NCBI GenBank assembly: GCA_963583215.1
Contig: CAUZVG010000001.1
Span: forward strand, 1-40,240
Source of the DNA: Campylobacterales bacterium
GTDB taxonomy: Bacteria > Campylobacterota > Campylobacteria > Campylobacterales > Sulfurovaceae
Length of the DNA stretch: 40,240 nt
Direction of reading: 5' to 3'
The first letter of the stretch is position 1. Each line of letters begins with the position of its first letter. Position numbers and translations under genes: made by a program. Of the stretch, positions 36,757 to 40,240 are shown piece by piece. The notes below the pieces were generated by a model. That model saw nothing but the letters and a program-made list of their open reading frames with translations, was not told where the DNA came from and made no database searches.

Positions 36757-38154
36757 TTAAGCCTTGGCTGCAATCATCTCTTCGGGCTTCACATTTTTGT
36801 CAAACTCTTCTGCAGTCATAAAACCAAGTGCAACTGCTTCTTCTTTAAGTGTTGTACCATTTTTATGTGCAGTCTTTGCAATTTTGGCAGCATTTTCATA
36901 CCCAATGTGTGGGTTAAGTGCTGTGACAAGCATGAGTGAGTCATTCAAAAACTTATCTATGTTTTCTCTGATTGGCTCAATACCTCTTGCACAGTTTTTG
37001 TCAAATGAATTCATAGAGTCTGCAAGAAGTTTTATAGACTGAAGTACATTGTAGGCAATTACAGGTTTAAAGACGTTCAGTTCAAAGTTACCTTGAGACG
37101 CGGCAAAGCCTACGGCTGCATCATTACCCATAACTTGTACAGCAACCATTGTAATGGCTTCTGCTTGTGTAGGGTTAACTTTTCCTGGCATAATAGATGA
37201 ACCTGGCTCATTGGCAGGAATTTCAATCTCACCGAGTCCACATCTTGGACCTGATGCTAACCATCTAATGTCGTTGGCAATTTTCATAAGGTTTGCTGCA
37301 AGTGCTTTAAGTGCGCCTGAAAGGACTACTTCTGCATCATGACCAGTCAAAGCATGGAACTTATTTGGTTGAGAAACAAAAGCATAATCTTTGGCCATAA
37401 AGTCATTCAGTTTTGCAGAAACTTTTTCAGAAAACTCTGGATGAGAATTAAGCCCTGTACCAACAGCTGTACCACCAATAGCAAGCTCTCTACAGTAAAC
37501 TAAAGCATCATTAATTTGTTTGAGGTTCGTCTCTAACATAGCTACATAACCAGAAAGCTCTTGTCCTAAAGTAAGGGGTGTTGCATCTTGTAAATGCGTT
37601 CTACCAATTTTAACCACATCAGAAAAGGCTTTTGATTTAGCATTTAGTGTAGACTTTAGTTGATTAAGTGCTGGGATAAGATTATCTGTCACAGCCATCA
37701 CTTCTGCAATACGCATACCTGTTGGAAAAGTATCGTTTGAACTTTGTCCTTTGTTCACATCATCATTTGGGTGTACAAGGTTCTCTTTTGTGAAGTCTCC
37801 CCCAAGAATTTCAGTGGCTTTGTTTGCTACGACTTCATTCATGTTCATGTTGGACTGCGTACCTGAACCTGTCTGCCATACAACCAATGGGAAGTTGTCA
37901 TCAAGTGCACCAGAAAGAATAGTATCACAGGCTTTTGCAATGGCAGCACTTACGTCTGTGTCCATACGTCCTAAATCAGAGTTCACTAAAGCACAAGCTT
38001 TTTTCAAGTTTGCAAAACCGTAAACCACTTCTAAAGGCATCGTTTCATTACCAATCACAAAGTTATGAATTGATCTTTGTGTTTGTGCTGCCCAATACTT
38101 ATCTGCAGGAACCTGCATTTCACCCATAGTGTCTTTTTCTATTCTATATGCCAT
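36757..38154 (-). CDS. fumC: Class II fumarate hydratase
   Basis: [39 protein letters not shown] before MAYRIEKD. Confidence 0.96.
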   Translation of the reverse strand: MAYRIEKDTMGEMQVPADKYWAAQTQRSIHNFVIGNETMPLEVVYGFANLKKACALVNSDLGRMDTDVSAAIAKACDTILSGALDDNFPLVVWQTGSGTQSNMNMNEVVANKATEILGGDFTKENLVHPNDDVNKGQSSNDTFPTGMRIAEVMAVTDNLIPALNQLKSTLNAKSKAFSDVVKIGRTHLQDATPLTLGQELSGYVAMLETNLKQINDALVYCRELAIGGTAVGTGLNSHPEFSEKVSAKLNDFMAKDYAFVSQPNKFHALTGHDAEVVLSGALKALAANLMKIANDIRWLASGPRCGLGEIEIPANEPGSSIMPGKVNPTQAEAITMVAVQVMGNDAAVGFAASQGNFELNVFKPVIAYNVLQSIKLLADSMNSFDKNCARGIEPIRENIDKFLNDSLMLVTALNPHIGYENAAKIAKTAHKNGTTLKEEAVALGFMTAEEFDKNVKPEEMIAAKA

Positions 38155-38189
38155 CTTCAACTCCATATTTAAAAAATTTCTTCTTTTTA

Positions 38190-38266
38190 AAGCGACTAGT
38201 CGCTTGAGCTTTCTGCTGAAGAAGACACAGCGTCAGCGTAGCCAAATAGAGCTTAGCTCTATTGGC
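38190..38266 (+). repeat. Interspersed hairpin-core-hairpin element, copy 2
   Basis: AAGCGA-CTAG-TCGCTT + 36-nt core + GCCAAATAGAGCT-T-AGCTCTATTGGC. Confidence 0.7.
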
Positions 38267-38273
38267 GTTCTAT

Positions 38274-39224
38274 TTAATTAAAAAAGTTTTTGTCTTTTAA
38301 GACATTAATCATTGTTCTAACAGAGTCAACACTCGCAGCAAACTTCGCTTTTTGTTTTTCGTTAAGTGTCATTTCAAACAATTTCTCAACACCATTTGCA
38401 CCCAATGCGACAGGAACACCAGAGACAACATCAGAATGTCCATAATGTCCATCAAGGAAAACGGCACAAGGATGAATTTGTTTCGTATCTTTCAAGATAG
38501 CTTCTACCATAATCGCTGTAGATTTTGCCGGTGCATAATACGCTGAACCTGTTTTTAAATAACCAACAATTTCAGCTCCACCATGTTTAGTACGTTCAAC
38601 AATCTCTAAAATTTCTTCTTCATCAAGGACATCCGTTAGAGGTACACCTGCAACCGTTGAAAACTTAGGAAGAGGTACCATGTCATCACCATGTCCACCC
38701 ATTACGGATGCTCTAATTTGACCTGCACCATAACCAATTTTCTCATGGATAAAATGTGCCATTCTTGCAGAATCTAAAATCCCAGCCATACCGATGACTC
38801 TCTCTTTAGGAAAACCTGATTCTTTAAGCGCCACATAGGTCATTACATCTAATGGATTTGAAACCATGATGATAATAGAGTCTGGTGCATATTTTTTTAC
38901 ATCTTGTATCACTTCTTTAGTGATTTCAGCATTGATCATAAGTAAATCATCTCTGCTCATACCTGGTAGTCTTGGAGAACCAGCAGTAATGACAACCACA
39001 TCAGAACCAGCTAAACCTGATGCATCTTCTGCTACAGTAACAAGGGTGTGTTGTCTTGCAGCATTAGCTGCTTGAGACATGTCTAAAGCTTTTCCTTTAG
39101 CAATCTCTGTGTTTCTATCTCTTAGTACAATTTCATGACATACGCCATTCATTGCGAGTGCATATGCAACAGTTGCACCTACATTTCCAGCACCAATAAT
39201 GGCTACTTTTTTACCTTTTTTCAT
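38274..39224 (-). CDS. mdh: Malate dehydrogenase (LDH-like)
   Basis: GAGNVG, TAGSPRLPGMSRDDLL, NPLD, GILDSAR, GGHGD. AAAGGA SD before MKKGKK. Confidence 0.95.
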   Translation of the reverse strand: MKKGKKVAIIGAGNVGATVAYALAMNGVCHEIVLRDRNTEIAKGKALDMSQAANAARQHTLVTVAEDASGLAGSDVVVITAGSPRLPGMSRDDLLMINAEITKEVIQDVKKYAPDSIIIMVSNPLDVMTYVALKESGFPKERVIGMAGILDSARMAHFIHEKIGYGAGQIRASVMGGHGDDMVPLPKFSTVAGVPLTDVLDEEEILEIVERTKHGGAEIVGYLKTGSAYYAPAKSTAIMVEAILKDTKQIHPCAVFLDGHYGHSDVVSGVPVALGANGVEKLFEMTLNEKQKAKFAASVDSVRTMINVLKDKNFFN

Positions 39225-39430
39225 TTTTATCCTTTTAAGTAATCTACTAGGGGACCTCGAAAGCAAAACATAAATCATAAATTTTGTTATCAATTATGCT
39301 TTGCGACAAAAGAGGCTACATCGACCCTATGTTGAGTGAGACATCCGTCTCGATAGTATCTTTTACACTAGATACAAAGAAGTGTTCGAACATCAAATGT
39401 ACTATACTGAAAGTCTATTACATTTGTATT

Positions 39431-39462
39431 ACTCATCTTGTATGAAGTCATACAAGATGAGT
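39431..39462. terminator. 15-bp perfect inverted repeat after icd
   Basis: ACTCATCTTGTATGA-AG-TCATACAAGATGAGT. Confidence 0.6.
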
Positions 39463-39475
39463 GAAAAGAAGCTAA

Positions 39476-40240
39476 TTATATAGCGTCAATAATCGCATTA
39501 AGTGTAGCAGAAGGTCTCATTGCCTTAGATGCCAACGCATCATTTGGATGGAAGTAACCACCAATGTCTTGTGCTTTACCTTCAACAGCTAAAAGCTCTT
39601 CAATGATTTTGTCTTCATTGTCTTGTAGTGCTTTAGCAACTGGTGCAAATTTAGCAGCAAGTTTAGCACTTGAACCATTTGCAAGAGCATCTGCCCAGTA
39701 CTGAGCTACGAAGAAGTGAGACGCTTTGTTATCTGGCTGTCCAACTTTTCTTCCTGGCTCTTTTGAGTTGTCAAGGTAAGCATTGTTTGCAGCATCAAGT
39801 GCTTCAGTCAATGCTTTAAGATCAGCATCGTCATGTTTGTTACCGATAAATCTAAGTGACTCAGCCAATGCCAAGATTTCACCCAATGAATCCCATCTTA
39901 AGTGACCCTCTTTAAGAAATTGATCAACGTGCTTAGGAGCAGAACCACCAGCACCAGTTTCGTAAAGACCACCACCAGCAAGTAAAGGTACAATAGAAAG
40001 CATTTTAGCAGATGTTCCAAGCTCTAAGATTGGGTACATATCTGTAAGGTGATCTCTAAGAACGTTACCTGTAACAGCGATAGTATTTTCACCTTTTCTT
40101 ACTCTAGCATTTGTAAATCTAGTAGCATCAGTCACATTCATAAATTGAATGTCAAGACCATCAGTATCAAACTCAGCAAGGTAAGCATCTACTTTGATTT
40201 TGATTTGAGCATCGTGCGCTCTGTTTTCATCTAACCAGAA
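39476..40240 (-). CDS. icd: Monomeric NADP-dependent isocitrate dehydrogenase (5' part outside the window)
   Basis: Frame is open to the window edge (FWLDENRAHD...); TGNVLRD.LTD..PILELGTSAKMLSIVPL, ETGAGGSAPKHV, LRWDSLGE. Confidence 0.96.
   Translation of the reverse strand, partial: FWLDENRAHDAQIKIKVDAYLAEFDTDGLDIQFMNVTDATRFTNARVRKGENTIAVTGNVLRDHLTDMYPILELGTSAKMLSIVPLLAGGGLYETGAGGSAPKHVDQFLKEGHLRWDSLGEILALAESLRFIGNKHDDADLKALTEALDAANNAYLDNSKEPGRKVGQPDNKASHFFVAQYWADALANGSSAKLAAKFAPVAKALQDNEDKIIEELLAVEGKAQDIGGYFHPNDALASKAMRPSATLNAIIDAI

Noticed and set aside
39476-40141. Apparently truncated 221-aa IDH (pseudogene)
   Set aside because: The frame stays open to the window edge, so the gene is simply cut by the window.

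Overview
AT-rich chromosomal window from a Campylobacterota (Epsilonproteobacteria) bacterium, most likely Sulfurovum-like. This is inferred from gene content, gnTATAAT promoters, a monomeric IDH-mdh-fumC-sucCD cluster and an HsrA/CosR-type regulator. It is mostly housekeeping: obgE (partial), M48 peptidase, ABC-F/Uup, thrC, argB, lpxK, cmoB, cyclophilin, rny, ygfA, ftsY, radA, acpS, argD, rnpB, sucCD, fumC, mdh and icd (partial). No IS, prophage or CRISPR was seen. Accessory signals read from the raw DNA are: (1) an unannotated c-di-GMP-I riboswitch lying 3' of a diguanylate cyclase that lacks an I-site, with a competing hairpin and no dedicated downstream ORF; (2) a second DGC plus a missed 44-aa ORF bracketed by an exact 21-bp promoter duplication; (3) a hairpin-core-hairpin interspersed element present twice; (4) a membrane-anchored (CESGK)n peptide paired with a thioesterase next to an M29-like peptidase; (5) a secreted amino-sugar glycosidase block (NamZ + GH20 + a GATC-rich orphan) that splits a MFP-argD-tolC run; (6) a (TTAGAAA)7 repeat abutting the rnpB promoter; and (7) probable leaderless mRNAs. 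All calls come from reading the sequence by eye; no searches were run.
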